64,000 nt of DNA, taken from positions 4,464,001 to 4,528,000 of the forward strand of contig CM030332.1 in assembly GCA_017654855.1 (NCBI GenBank), given 5' to 3'. The notes beneath the pieces were generated by a model. That model did not search any database, was not told the DNA's origin, and was given only the letters and a program-made list of their open reading frames with translations. The position numbers were made by a program, and so were the translations under genes. Position 1 is the first letter of the stretch. Every line of letters begins with the position of its first letter. The stretch is from Podospora anserina (Eukaryota). Shown here in pieces: positions 24,431-38,500 of this stretch.

Positions 24431-27400
24431 TTAAGAAAAAAAGTATATAAGCTAATATATATTTAGGAACTTTCTAAATATTTTTAAATTTAATACAGCC
24501 TGGTTAAATAAAATCAATTTATATTAAAACTTTCATATAGTATAAATTATTATGTAAAGTTAATTATTAGTAATTATTAGATTTTACTAAATTAATTTTT
24601 TTATATAATTAAAAAATATTTTACTTCTTTTATTAGTTTAATAGTAAACTATATTATTATATTAATATAAATTATTTAAATTTTCTAAAAGTAATAGTAT
24701 AAATTTCTTTTTTTAAATATAATTATTAATCTATTATAAAGTATATAAATTAATAAAGGTAATATTATAATTATAAAGAAAATAAAAATGTAAGAACTTC
24801 TGAAAAGCTATTAAGAGAGAAAGGTCATTAAAAATATAATATTAGAAAATTAGTCTACTTAATTAGTTAAGCTAATAACAAAACCTTTTACAGTAAATCC
24901 TATTCTTTTTTAACTTTAATTAACTATTTCTATCTAAATCTAATAGTAATTTTCAAAATCATATTAACCTCCTTACTTTGATCTTTATTTTCCAAATCCC
25001 CTTTCTAAAATTATTATTATTTAAATAATAATTTCAACTATTTTTAAAAATATAAATATTTTTCTTAAAGAATTTATTATTATTATAAATACTACTATTT
25101 AGTTTATTATTTTACTCTAATATAGTGGGCAACGCTACTAATGAAGTGTTATATTATACGTCCTTAAAGTTACTTATAATTCTTTTTTAATTTTATACCT
25201 GAATTATTAACTCTACTAACTATAGAACCATTTTTATTTAATTAAGTATTTAGTAATAAACTTTCTTTAACTTTTTTATTTATAGTTTTTTCAACTTTTA
25301 AATTATATTTCTCTTATCTAGTATTTACTATTTAAATTAATTAAAGAATCTTATAATTTTATTTAAAGGACTTTACTAATATTAATAATAATCATATAAT
25401 TAATCGACCTAAACAGATTAATTAGATTAGTAATAATTTTTAATAATATCTTAATTTTCTATAGTTTAGAATAGTTCTAAATAAAGCTATTTTTTATTAA
25501 ATATACTTATAACGTAATTAATATATTAAGTAACTAATACTTATAATATAATTTAAAAATAGTTTTTTTTTTAAAGTTATTTTAATCTTCTCTTTTTATC
25601 TAGTACTTAAACAATATACTACATTCAAGTTATAACAAATATTAATAGTAAATATATTAATAGTTTAGGCCCATAATGGAAAAAGACTATAGGAGAACCT
25701 GGGTATATAAAAGCCCTATACTAAATAAAAAAGCTAAGCGTCGAGACGGGAAGCTTATAAAGCTCCGAGCGAAGTAGAACTTTTTTTATAAATATTTTTG
25801 GAAAGGGCACCGAAAAATCTACGCAAAAATATAAAAAAACTACTTAATTAATTCTAGAAAAATTACATAATTCAATATAATAAATATTAAAAAGATATAA
25901 ATAAGAAAATTTCCTTTCTTTTACATTTAACTCTAAAAATAGGAAATTGGTCTCTATAATATAATCTTTTACTCTATAACTTTATTTATCATTGATAATA
26001 TAAAAATAATAATAAAAATAAAAATAGTTTTACAATGTTTAATTTTACTTTATAGGTTAAATTAATATTTTTAAGCTAAAATTAAATTTCAAAGATTGAA
26101 TTATTAATAACTTTGATTTCGGCTATAATTATTAATAATAAAATTGGATTTTAATTTTTTAAGTTAAAGTATAAGCACTTTAGAGAGTAGTTTAACTAAG
26201 TATAAAAAAGGTACTTAGGTAGAAGGAGTAATAACGAAAAATTATTAGGATATTATAAAAATATTTATTGAAAACTTTATTAATTTATTATTGAAGATTA
26301 TAGAAAATATTTAAAACCTAATATATAAATATATTTATAATTATAACAGACCTTATTTTACGGAGGGGTTTTTAACCTATAGGGACTAAGTTACATCGGT
26401 CCCTATAAATTTATTCTTACTAGTTATATAGTCCTTACTTAATAATTTTATTCTTTAATTTTTCTTTTAAATTACTTCATTATTTTAAACTACTGTACTA
26501 TATTAATAAGAAAACTAATATAAAAAGTATTAAAGATTTTCCATTATAAATTAAATTTAAACGTTAAGTTTCTATTTTAAAAACCTTTACTACTACATTT
26601 TAATTATATATCCTTAAATAATTGCTTAGTTTTCCTCGAATTAAATATATAGTGTTATTTAACATTGAGGATTTTGTTTTAATAAATTTGTTTCTTAATA
26701 ATATAATATCTACACTAATATATAATTACTATTACTACTTCAAAAATTAAATATAATAAATTATTTTAAAAGAAATACCTAGGGATTAACGTAAAAAGAT
26801 GGAATAGTAAATTTGGTTATTATTAGAAAATAAATATTAATTTAAGAATAAAAGGCTAGAATAGCTTTAAATAATATTAATATAAATTGCTAAGAGAGCT
26901 ATATGAAGACCGAATCAATAAAATAAACTATTTAGTTAATATTAAAGGAAGATAAACTTCATATAATATTGTTTTTTATATAATAAATCTTAGTATATTC
27001 GATTCTATAGATATTATATAAAATGTTATATTGCTTTTTTTTAGACTCTCAAAAGGAAATTTCTATTTAAAAAGATTGTCCTAAAAAGCCTTACTATAAA
27101 GTAAAGTTTTCCAGAGTTATTAATATATGTATATATTAATTGCATAAATCTGACTATATACGTTTGATACTTTAATTTACACTTTGATTTAATAATAAAC
27201 TCTTAATTTTATTTTTAATAATTATAATCCAAACTATATCTTTTAATTATTTAAAGAATTTCAAATTCTTTTTATTTCAAGTAAATTTTAATTGAATCTC
27301 TAAATAAAATAATATATTATAAGATAAAATATCAAGATATTAAGATTAACAGTAATAAAAGTTTTTTAATTAATATTAATTTTTTATCTATATTAGTATA

Positions 27401-30400
27401 TTAATATAGCTTTTTACCACTTGTTATATAATTTACTATATTTTATTTACTTTAATAAACTAAATATAGGTTTTTAATATCTTCTTATAGATGCTAAAAA
27501 TACTATTTTCATTTAGCATTTTATAAGCCCTCTATCCGTAGGTTTAGTTTTGTATTTTAGTAGTAAATAGACCTATTATCTAACTCTTATATATTTAATA
27601 TCTAACCTTTCCTAAAATTTCTCATCTTTATTTTAATATTATAAAAATCAAATAGTCTATACAATTCTTAAGTTATATTATTTTAATTCTTTAAGAAATC
27701 AGTTAATAACAATCACTAAATAAGTGTTAACGATTAAAAACCATTTTAATATTTACTTTCAACAAAGTTTAAAGTTATAGTTTTACTATTTTTTAACCTT
27801 AGGCTATTTAAAAAATTCTATAAATTAAAAGTGTAAAGAGATTAATATTGGTATATAATTTATAAATCTCTAAAGAATGAAATATATATAATAAGTATAA
27901 AATTTATATTTTTGCTTGACGTAAAAGGAAAAGATATATAATATATATGGATGGTATAAAGTTAAATAAAAATATTAAATTCAAGAAGAGCTATTTAACA
28001 ATATACGGCCCCTTATAGTAATTTCTTTTATAAGTAATAGTATATAACATGAATTATATAGAGCTTTATATTTATGTATTTATTTTATAAATAATTTTAG
28101 ATATTTAATATATAAATGAACCTTTTAATGTTTTTTTCTATTACTTGATTATTAAATCCAAAATTTTTTATGGTAAGAACTTTATAATTGAAATTGTAAC
28201 CGGCATTCTTATTATTAAACCTTTATTTTATTTAGTTATTTAAATCATTTTTCGGTTTTTTTACTTGAGATTTTATATCGTAATTTTACCACTACGTATA
28301 GAAATGTTTAAGAATTTATAAGTAGTAGTAAATGAAGATAAAAATCTTAAAAAGAGGTATTTGTAGAAAGTGCTAAAAAAAAGAATGGTTTAGGTAATTA
28401 ATAAATTTAGTAAAGGAAAAGCCGGTAATTAATAGAAATAAATTTATTTAAGTCAATTAGTAAAAAGAATAATTAGAAATCGTTAATGTAGTTACTAAGA
28501 ACGTAGGTATTACTACTAACTATATATAAGACTTGAAAAACTTTTAATATAATATTGAAATATAAAGTTGGTAGAAAGAAATGTAGCTCATGAATTATTA
28601 AAAATAATCGATATATTCTTTTAAAAAGAGAAAACCCTTTTTATATTAATAGTATTTTTTTAATTTTATCATATATTTTAATCCCGGTATCTATAAATAA
28701 AAAATCTATTATAAGGTTTTTAACATAATTATAATATTACCTTTAATTCCCTGTATATTAAAAGTATACTTTTAAATATAATTATTATATCTACCCCTAC
28801 TTCCCTCTCGTTAAAAAAAAACTTAGATTACCCCTCCTAATATTTTTTAATAAAGACCTTTTTAAAAGCGACCTAAATAAAATGAAACCTTTTGCCGGTT
28901 TTTCCTTCGCCTTTAGGTTTTACTATATTACTTTAATCACTAATTTTATTCTTTAAATATAGACTTTTAATTACACGATATATATAAATATAAAAGTATA
29001 GAGGATAAAAATCCGTTAGTCTTATATTTATTTATTTACTACTATATTCTATACCTATTTGTTTATATTACGTAAGTTTGTGCTTCAATATTTTTTTGGT
29101 ATTTAAAAGTCTGTAACTTTGATATTTTTTTATTTATAATTCTAAATACGTTAAAATTCATCTTTTATATTTCTTTCGCTATTACTGGTTTTTATTTTTC
29201 TATGTTATTCCTATATGTACTATGTTTTAAACTATAAGCTTTTTAACCTTATAAATCTATTTTCTTTTGAATAGTATATTAGTTTTACTTATTATTGAAA
29301 TTACTTGGAAAAAATTATATATTAATTACTTAAAATATTTTATTTTATAATATATAAACTTTTTTTAAAAAAGAAAGGAGGTGCCTAACGTAGAAAAAGA
29401 AAATAGTGGCCCTACCTACTAATAAAACAACAAAGTTAATACTAGTAACGAAGAGTTAAAATGACCCCGAACGGTGGCATTATAAGCGTTTAAATAAGCT
29501 ATGGAAAAAAACTATCTTTTAATTTATTTTATTATTATTATTTTTGGTTATAAACAGTATAATCTCTTTATAAATACTTTGTTTAATAATACTAAATTAA
29601 TTAAAATAATTTTTAAGTTTATATTAAATGATTCTTTTAGTATAATTATAGTATTCCCGTTATAATTTTGGCCTTTACTAATATATTTTTGTAACGCTTT
29701 TGATTTCTAAATTTCGTTACTATTATTATTATTAATTATAAATCTTTAATTATTAGCTTTATTGTTATTGCCTTTATGGTTATAGTTATAATATTATATT
29801 TTTTTTAAATATATAGAGCTATACTTTAAAACATTTATTAGATTATATTTTTATTATTTTGAATTATAAGGTTAATTCTTTTACTTTAACTTTGCTTAAT
29901 AAATATAGAAAATATGTAACTTCTTTATAAATCTATTTTATTGCTGACTCCGTTTTATAAAACTCTTGCAATAATAATATTACTAAATTCCTTTCTGTCC
30001 TGGTATCTAATCCGTTTTAAACCGCAATACTTTATTACTAATTCCCTTATTTAATTCCGATTCTTTTACCTTAACTTCTTATTATTATTTTATCTTTATA
30101 TTACTCTATTATTAAAGTTTAAAATAATATTTAACTTTTATATATTATCCTTTAAATACCTACTTATTATTACCTTTTTAATTAATCCGATAACTCTAAA
30201 AGCACTAACCCTATAACAAAAACTGTATTTAAACACCTAGTTCTGAAAACCTATTTTTTCTCTATCTTTATTTATGTTTTAATATTAGTAAAAGAATAAA
30301 CCTATATTATTATTTAAAATATTTCTTATGAATTTAATAATTGATTTATAAAATAGTTAATTATATTATATTACCCTTAACCAAATAATAAATCTTAAAT

Positions 30401-30646
30401 AAATTATTATTATTAATTAGATTATTAACTTACTAACTATATTACTATCCCGGTCCTTTAAAAAAAGTGGGTAATTATCCAGTACTTTTTATTCCTTTAT
30501 TTCGAATAGTTATAATACAATTAGTTTCTTAAATCAAAAACGCTATTAATTAATTAAATTCTTAAAGGTTAATAGGAAAGTACTTTATATCTTATTACCA
30601 AAAGGGACAGAACCGTTTCTAGAAAATTTAGAAAGCGTATTTACAA
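24430..30646. other. Decayed AT-rich non-repetitive DNA of unknown origin
   Basis: No ORF of 60 aa or more in the track, no visible similarity to the window's TEs, TpA-rich. Confidence 0.5.
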
Positions 30647-30648
30647 TA

Positions 30649-32508
30649 ACGTGCATGATAAGCGAGCGCCGCAGATAAGCGAGCGCCGCACTTTTCGACG
30701 CGACCTAACCCTCCACCTTTAATATTCCATTTTTGAACCAAAAACCATGTCTTCTACCTCTAACGAAGCTAGAGTAATTCTGGCCGCTAAAACTATAAAA
30801 AACAATAAAAACCTAAATAAACGAACCGCAATAAAGATCTGTAAAGTTAACGATAGAACTATTCGCTATCGATTTGCCGGTATACTTGCACGACGCGATA
30901 CTCTAACCAATTCGCGCAAACTTACGAATCTAAAAGAAAAAATGATTATTTAATATATAATTAAGCTATCTATACGCGCATTTTATCCCCGGTTTTCGTA
31001 TATAAAAGATATAGCTAATCGATTACTACGCGAACGCGACGCGCCTCCTATTAGCGTACGATAGGCTTATAACTTCGTTAAACGTTAGTTAGAACTTCGG
31101 ACGCGTTTTACGCGTAAATATAATTACTAAAGAGCTAAATATAAGGATTTAAAGGTTATTAGTAAATAATTTACTTTTATACGGAATATTAAAGTTAAAT
31201 ACGGTATTATAAATAACGATATTTATAATTTTAATAAAACTAGGTTTATAATAAGTATTATCGTTACTATTATCGTCGTTATAATTTCTAATAGCCGTAA
31301 TAAGGCTAAGAAGGTCCAGCTTAATAATCGTAAGTGGGCTACGGTTATTTAAGGCGTAAATACTTTAGGTTAAACTATTTTACTATTTATTATCTTAATT
31401 AAATAATATTATTTTATTAATTAGTATTAAAAGTATAACTTTCCGGCCACCTAACGTATTATAATAACCGATAATAATTAAACTACTAATAAGAAAGATA
31501 TAGATTAGATTCGGTACTTCGATTTCCATACGGTATCTCGTACAAAAGGTAAATATCGGCTATTAATCCTTAACGGCCACGAAAGTTACTACTCTAAAAA
31601 ATTCGAGACCTATTATTAAAAGTATAATATTATTATACTATATATACTTTCGTATTCTTTCTATATACTCTAGCTATTAAATATTAATTATTTTATATTA
31701 TTAAAGAGGGCGTATAGCCGCTAAATTAAGTAATTAATACGGATAAATATTATACATATTAGTAAATTAAAATTTCTTTATATATTTAGAGAAACGTTTT
31801 TTACTTCGATTATAGAAAAAAATATTTAAAAAGGTTTTACTAAAGCTAGCTTTATATTATATAATTTAGAAAGGGTAATATTTAAGCTAGATATACGTAT
31901 TCGGACCCTAATACCCCTAGCCTCAAGCCCAATTACGGTATTACCTTAGGTCTCTTAAACGCTATACAACCCTCGAGAGGTCACCTCACAGTTAACGCGT
32001 ATTAAAACTCGAATTTCTAACTATTAAGATAGCTCTCTAACCTTAATACTAGCCGCTATAGACCAATTTACTAAGGGAGTAATGGGTATAATACATAAGG
32101 TAGCTCTTCTCCGTGCAGAGGTCTCTTCGCTACGTAAGGCCAATAAGGAGCTTAGTAAGAGACAGAGAGCCAAAAAACACGTATGCGGCTTAGAGGGTCA
32201 CTTACTATACAAGAGGCACAGGATCTACTAGATCAAAAGGCTGTGGGTGAGCAGGTAGCCCAGGAAATACGACAAAGTGGTAGTGGTGCAGGGGGGTCTC
32301 GTACGAAGATTCGGTGCTGTGGCGTGTGCGGTAAGCCTGGCCATAATGCACGTATATGCTAGAAGGCTGCAGAATCATCTGATTCATCTATTTCTAGTTC
32401 AGTTATCGTTGTTTCCTAGTGTTGTGGTTGTGTAATTGAGGATGGCTGTGGTAGGGTGGTAGAAAGTGCGGCGCTCGCTTGTCTGCGGCGCTCGCTTATC
32501 ATGCACGT
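30649..32508 (+). mobile_element. Tc1/mariner superfamily pogo/Fot1-type DNA transposon, RIP-mutated, 1860 bp
   Basis: TIRs of about 46 bp (acgtgcatgataagcgagcgccgcagataagcgagcgccgcacttt) with an internal 17-bp direct repeat; TA TSD on both sides. Confidence 0.95.
30747..32419 (+). pseudogene. DDE transposase pseudogene (HTH, DDE_1, C-terminal CxxC-GH-C knuckle)
   Basis: N-terminus MSSTSNEARVILAA. YNF(D)ETGF-like relic at about 31224, LLIL(D)GHE(SH) at about 31560, CCGVCGKPGHNAR at about 32315. Multiple stops. Confidence 0.92.
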
Positions 32509-32510
32509 TA

Positions 32511-35500
32511 TTCTGTTTTTAAAATACATTGTATATTAAAAGCTTTAAATTAAGAAATAATTAAAGTTATTAATAACTATTATTTATCGGCTCACTATCT
32601 TTAAAATAAGGTAAAACTAACAGTAAATAATAAAGAGACGAACTAATAACCCTAATCCTAACTATTAAAAATATTTATTATTAATAGGTATTTATAAAAC
32701 TTTAAAATAATTTAGGATATATTTTATAATCTCATACATATTGGTCAAAATATATATAAAAATAAAATTAAAATCACAAACATTTTTAAATTATTTCTAA
32801 ATTTATATTAAATAGAATTTAATAAATAGTTTCAAATACTATGGAACTACTAAACGTTAAGAGCTTCTTTTAATATAACCTTAATTTTAATATATATAAT
32901 AACTATAATTAATTATATAAATAAATATAAGTTTCACAAATCATAGGGGGTTTACGTTTATTATCTTTACTAAAATTTTAAAGTTTAACATTACAATAAT
33001 AATTTCAACATTAGAGCCAGAATACTAAATAGCCTCCATAATATAAATTATTTTGTGGACTAGGAACACTGTTAATATCCATTTTACATATTAAAGAAAT
33101 AATATATAAAGCCTAGATTTCCAATATATTACTATTTCTTTTAAAAGAATTCAATTAGAATAAATATTTCAGTCCTACAAGTTAATAAATCTTGATATAG
33201 TTATTAGTAAAAACCTCTAATCTAAATCTACTAAATATTTATATTAAAATAAAATATTTATTATGAATTATATATAAAAAGACTTTTTAAAGGAATAATT
33301 TAAATATATATAGAGTTTTAAAACAAAATTTATAGAAATACCAAAAAGAGCAGTATTTAGTCAAATTTTATAATATTATACTAGAAATAGTATAATTTAT
33401 TTTAGGTTTAACCAAAACTTACTAAATTAACTAAAAAAGTCCTTTGATTAAATATAGTAACTAAAGCCAATTTTATTACTTGTATAAAAGGACTTATAAA
33501 CTTTTAAAAATCAATAGTAAAAGCCTATTAAAATTCTAAAGTAATAACATAAGCGTTAAATGCTATTATAAAAGCTTTTGAATCCTGTTTATTTAAAAAC
33601 CTAATAGCCTATATTAAATCTTTTTATAATTTATAAATATTGAATAGAATAAGATATCTTTATGATAGATTGTTGAAGTATAATAAAATAACCTATTATT
33701 ACTATTAATCTATAGAATATTTAACAATTTATTAAGAGCATTATCTTTTAAAGCCTCTTTAAAAAATACCTTTTATATTAAAATTTCAAATAAAATATAA
33801 CTTTATTTTAAATATTATTATTAATAATTATTCATCTTGAATTTCTTTTTAGAGATTTAAAAGAATTGATAGTGCGTAATAAACAAAGTGAAAATGAATG
33901 ATGAAAAAGGTTTTCAAATAGGGATTTTACGGATGTTATCAATATGAAATTTAAAAATTTACATTATTTTGTCCGTATTAAAACTTTTATCTTTCATCTT
34001 CATAATCATATTTAAATCTAAGGAAGTTAAATAAGTATAATAAGATAATAATTATTAGTTTTACTTTTATTTTATCGGGAATAAACTTTTGTATATATAT
34101 AAATTTAGACGTTAAGATTTTAAAAGTAAAAAGGTTCAGTTACTATAATATCTATGAAAGTGAAATTTGGTTGTTAAAACCTTTAACAAGTATTATATTT
34201 CAACAGTTTTGAATAGTATAATTAACAATATTAATAGTATAAAAAATAATTATATAACTTTAGAAAATAGTGAAAAAGTTAAAGATTGAAATAATCAGTT
34301 AAAAGTAGTTTGAAATCATTGAGACAAAGAATTTATTCGGTTAATTTCAATTAAAGATTTTAACTTTAATAAATGAAATCTAATATTTATATTTATAAAA
34401 TTGACCTTCAAAAAGTGTTTTTATCTTAATTATAGTAAGGAAATTTAATATATTAGTAAAGATTATTTCGGCCTTTAAATAAAAGATAAAAGAAATATAG
34501 TAATAATATTATTTTCGGCTTTACAAAATTGGAAATAATAATAAAAGATATTCAATTGATTATATTAAAACTATTAAAGTTTTTCCTTCGAAAGATAACT
34601 TTAAAAATAATAATATCCGCATTTAATTTATTCAAAATAAAAAAGGAAACTTCAATGTAATGATTAAAATGCTTTCTAAATCTTGTGGTAATACTATAGT
34701 TTTTATCATTAAATCTTAAAATTTATCTTTTTATAAATTTAATATATTTATAATGAAAGAAGACAGAGAGATATATATATTCGAAGTTCATATATAAAAA
34801 TATTATTACAACGAATCTTGATTTCCTTTAAAACAAAAACGGTTTTAGATTTATTATTTTTGGTATTTTTTGAAACTTTTTAAAAGTTTTGTACAACTTA
34901 AATTCGGAAATATTATAAAAATTAAAAATATATTAGTAGAACAATTGAAGTTTAAAGTAAATCTTTAAGTTCAAAAAAACTAATTTTTCCAAAAGACTTT
35001 AAAAGATAATAGGGTTCTAAATGTTATTTATAAAACTTTGAAGTTATATAGTATAACCAACCTTACATTAAAAATGCTGATTAATAATATATAATAAATT
35101 AAATTTAAGCACTGTTTCTAGGGTAATTGATAGAAATTAGAGATCTTTTATTGGAGTTAATATAAAATTAGTTCCTTATTGTATTATGTTTAGTAGTTTG
35201 TTCTAGGTTGTCTTTTATAAAAAATAGTTTTATTGATATTTGTATAAAATTAATAAGTGTGATTTTTCTAGTATAAAAACAAATTATAGATACTGTACTA
35301 AAAAATAAAGCTTCTTATGAATTTCAATCAGTATAATAAAAAGAAAATTGAAGTTTTAATAATAAATTTAATAAAGGTTAAGTTTGTTAATAATATTTAG
35401 AAGAACGGAAATGTATTATATAACTTTACAAAAGTCCTACTACTATGAAAATTAATTTTAATATTCAAACATTTTACAGAAAAGTTCTTTTCGGTTTTAA

Positions 35501-38500
35501 GACTTTACAGTTTAATAAAAGTAATACTAAAAGAGTTTCATCGTTTCAACAAAAAACTATATAATTAAGATAGAAGAATTACAGGGTTTATTAGGAATAC
35601 CTTTTAAAAAAAGTCCATGTAAAATAACCCAAATTACACTTATGTAGATAAATGAAGGCCCTGGAGCATTTCTATTGTAGTAGGAAACTACCCTTCAATC
35701 AGTATAAATAATAATTAACTCCGTTTATATCCTAAGTCTAAGTATTTATAGTTTTTACCTTTACTATTAACTTTAATAATATAATACATTTTATAAGTTA
35801 TATTATAGAAGTTTAATAATATTTAAAAATAATTTTAAAGTATTGTTTAACTTTAAATAATAAGTAATAGGTTAAATTGAAGCGTATTTAGATGATAGTA
35901 ATTTAAAAATCTTTTAGGATCAATAGTTTATTTTAGAATATTAGTTTAGGTTTATTCATAAATGTTATCAGTTTTGAAGCCTTCATTTATATAACAAGGT
36001 TTTATCTATAAGTTTTTAAAAGTTATATATTTTCAGTTTACTAGTAATAAGAAACAGTTATTTATAAAACCTTTATATTTGAAATACAAGAAACTAGAAA
36101 CTGTATAGCTGTGGGAAATATTAAAAGTTATAAATTAATATAGTTTAAAAAGGTACTAAGAGTTAGACCGATAGTGGAAAAGGTTGATTTAGAAAGAAAA
36201 GCAGTTAGAATAACCGGAATAATAATATTTAAATAGGGTATAGTATTAGATTTATTTATTAAAGTATTAATAGTTTATTTCATGCTAATATTATCAGTAT
36301 TATTTTATTTTAAAAAGATAAATATTAAATTCATCTTTTAGAGGAACTAATAAGTATTTTCATTACACCTGGATTTAGTAGAAGTACAAAATATATTTAA
36401 AAGTAATATAATTTAGAAATTTTAAAAAAAGTCTTAAACTCAGTAGATAGGGACATTATATATATTTCTATTTTTATAGCAAAAATAAAAGTCTAGAGCG
36501 ATGGAATAACATAAAAATATTACAATTTTACTTTTTAAGTCTTCAATAATATATTTTTATACATACTATAAAATCATTCAATTTATAAAAAAGAATCATT
36601 ACAAAGATATATAGAATATATACTTTAAAATACTATAATAATAGAGCTTAAAGTAGAGGCTGCGTAATCTTTAAATCTTCTAGTTACTTCTTTAAATTCT
36701 TTAAATCTTTGAAACTGAGTATTTATCAATCATATTAAATTATATGAAATTTGTAAGGTCCTTGAATATAGTATTACTATTTTGCTGTTATAGGGTATTG
36801 ACGTTTGCATATAATATTATTATTTTTTGATCATGAAATATAGACTCTAATAACTTGCTTTCCAGGCCATTAGATTAGTATCTTAGTTCTTTTAATCCCT
36901 AAAACCCAATAGGTATTTTAATCAAATGTATACGGTCGGTTAATCTAACCGATAAGTCTATAAAAGATAACAGTAAGCTATATATAACCTAATACTTAAT
37001 ATTAGGCTTCACGAGATTACTGACGTTATACAAACTACGGGTTATAGAAAGCTAAATACTATAGTAATAGTAGGGTACTATTTTTCGATTTTAAAATTTG
37101 GTTTTACTAAAATGAATACCCCTATAATCTATATTTAATTCGTTTTACTATATAGGCTAGTAAATATGCTGGATAAAAGAGTAAAAAACGTTAAAGATAG
37201 CTATAAAATTTCATACTTTTCTAGTTTTAGTAACCTATAAATGATTAAATTTTTCAGTGGTTATTTCTAAGGTGGATAATTCAAATCCCCCCAAAGAATT
37301 CTAATAGTAATTACAAGTTCTTTTCATAATAATATTAATAAATATAATAAGTTTATAAACCTTGATACTATTAAAGAAAATAAAACCTCGGTCAAGAGTA
37401 CAAAGATATATTTATTGAGATTTGTAAATTTATTCTAGAAGAGAAAAAGTATTATAATATCAAATCTTATTTGAATCTTGAAAATTAATGAAAAATACTT
37501 AGTGAAATTATTAATAAAGGGAAATGAAATAATAATCACAGAGATTATTAAAATATGAGAATGTATTCCCGCGGTTACCTTGGTAATGTCCGCACATCAC
37601 TTCCTATAGGGGTTGAGGTTATATATAGGTGTCGACTATGATAACATTAAATAATTTTTAAAAAGAAAACACTAAAGTATAAGACAATAGAAGGAACTGA
37701 TAGGCTTACCTTTATCTACAGAAACCTAATTAATTAAGTTTCCATAACTACGTGGTTTCTTTGTAAAGGTTACAATGAACCATTATAAAATGATGAAATG
37801 TTTTTGTATTAATTTTTCTCAATATTTTTACTATTTTTAATAAATAATGAACCATACCTTCTCCGACTAATTTTATGCTTTTTGAATTCTATATATGTTT
37901 CACTCGTCGTAGATAAAAATATAAATGTTACATTGAATTCAACTATTTAATTTATTTGAGATTTTAAAACTATAAGATAAAATTAATAAATATTTTAATA
38001 ACCGTAAAATCAATATGAATGTTTTCAAATGATATTCTTTCGTTATGCATTTATTTAAATGATACTGAAATTGTTAATCTAATTCTTTTTAGTATTAACA
38101 TGTTAAAGTATACTTAATTCTAAATACATATTCAGGAACGATTTGTAGTTATCCTTTGAAAAACAAACGTAATATAATGTTTGATGTGGTATATTATTTG
38201 ATATATGGAAACTCAATTTTATAATAAGTAGCAAGCTTTTTCGATATTTAATGGGAAACAATGATTCACTGAGATAATGTGGTTTTAGAAGTAACATGGG
38301 AATTTATTATATAAAGTAGCTTTTTAGATAATAGAAATTTTCTTTTTATGTATAGCTTTTTTAAGCGACTATAATACTATTATATAAGGTTATTTTAACT
38401 TTTGGTTATTAGCATTCATTTTACGATTTTTTTTACGTTATGCCCCGTGCCTTTTTCTTTTTTTTAGATATATTTATTACAAAACTTAAAGAATATACGA

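Noticed and set aside
32205-32387. 60-aa minus-strand ORF
   Set aside because: It is antisense to the transposase C-terminus.
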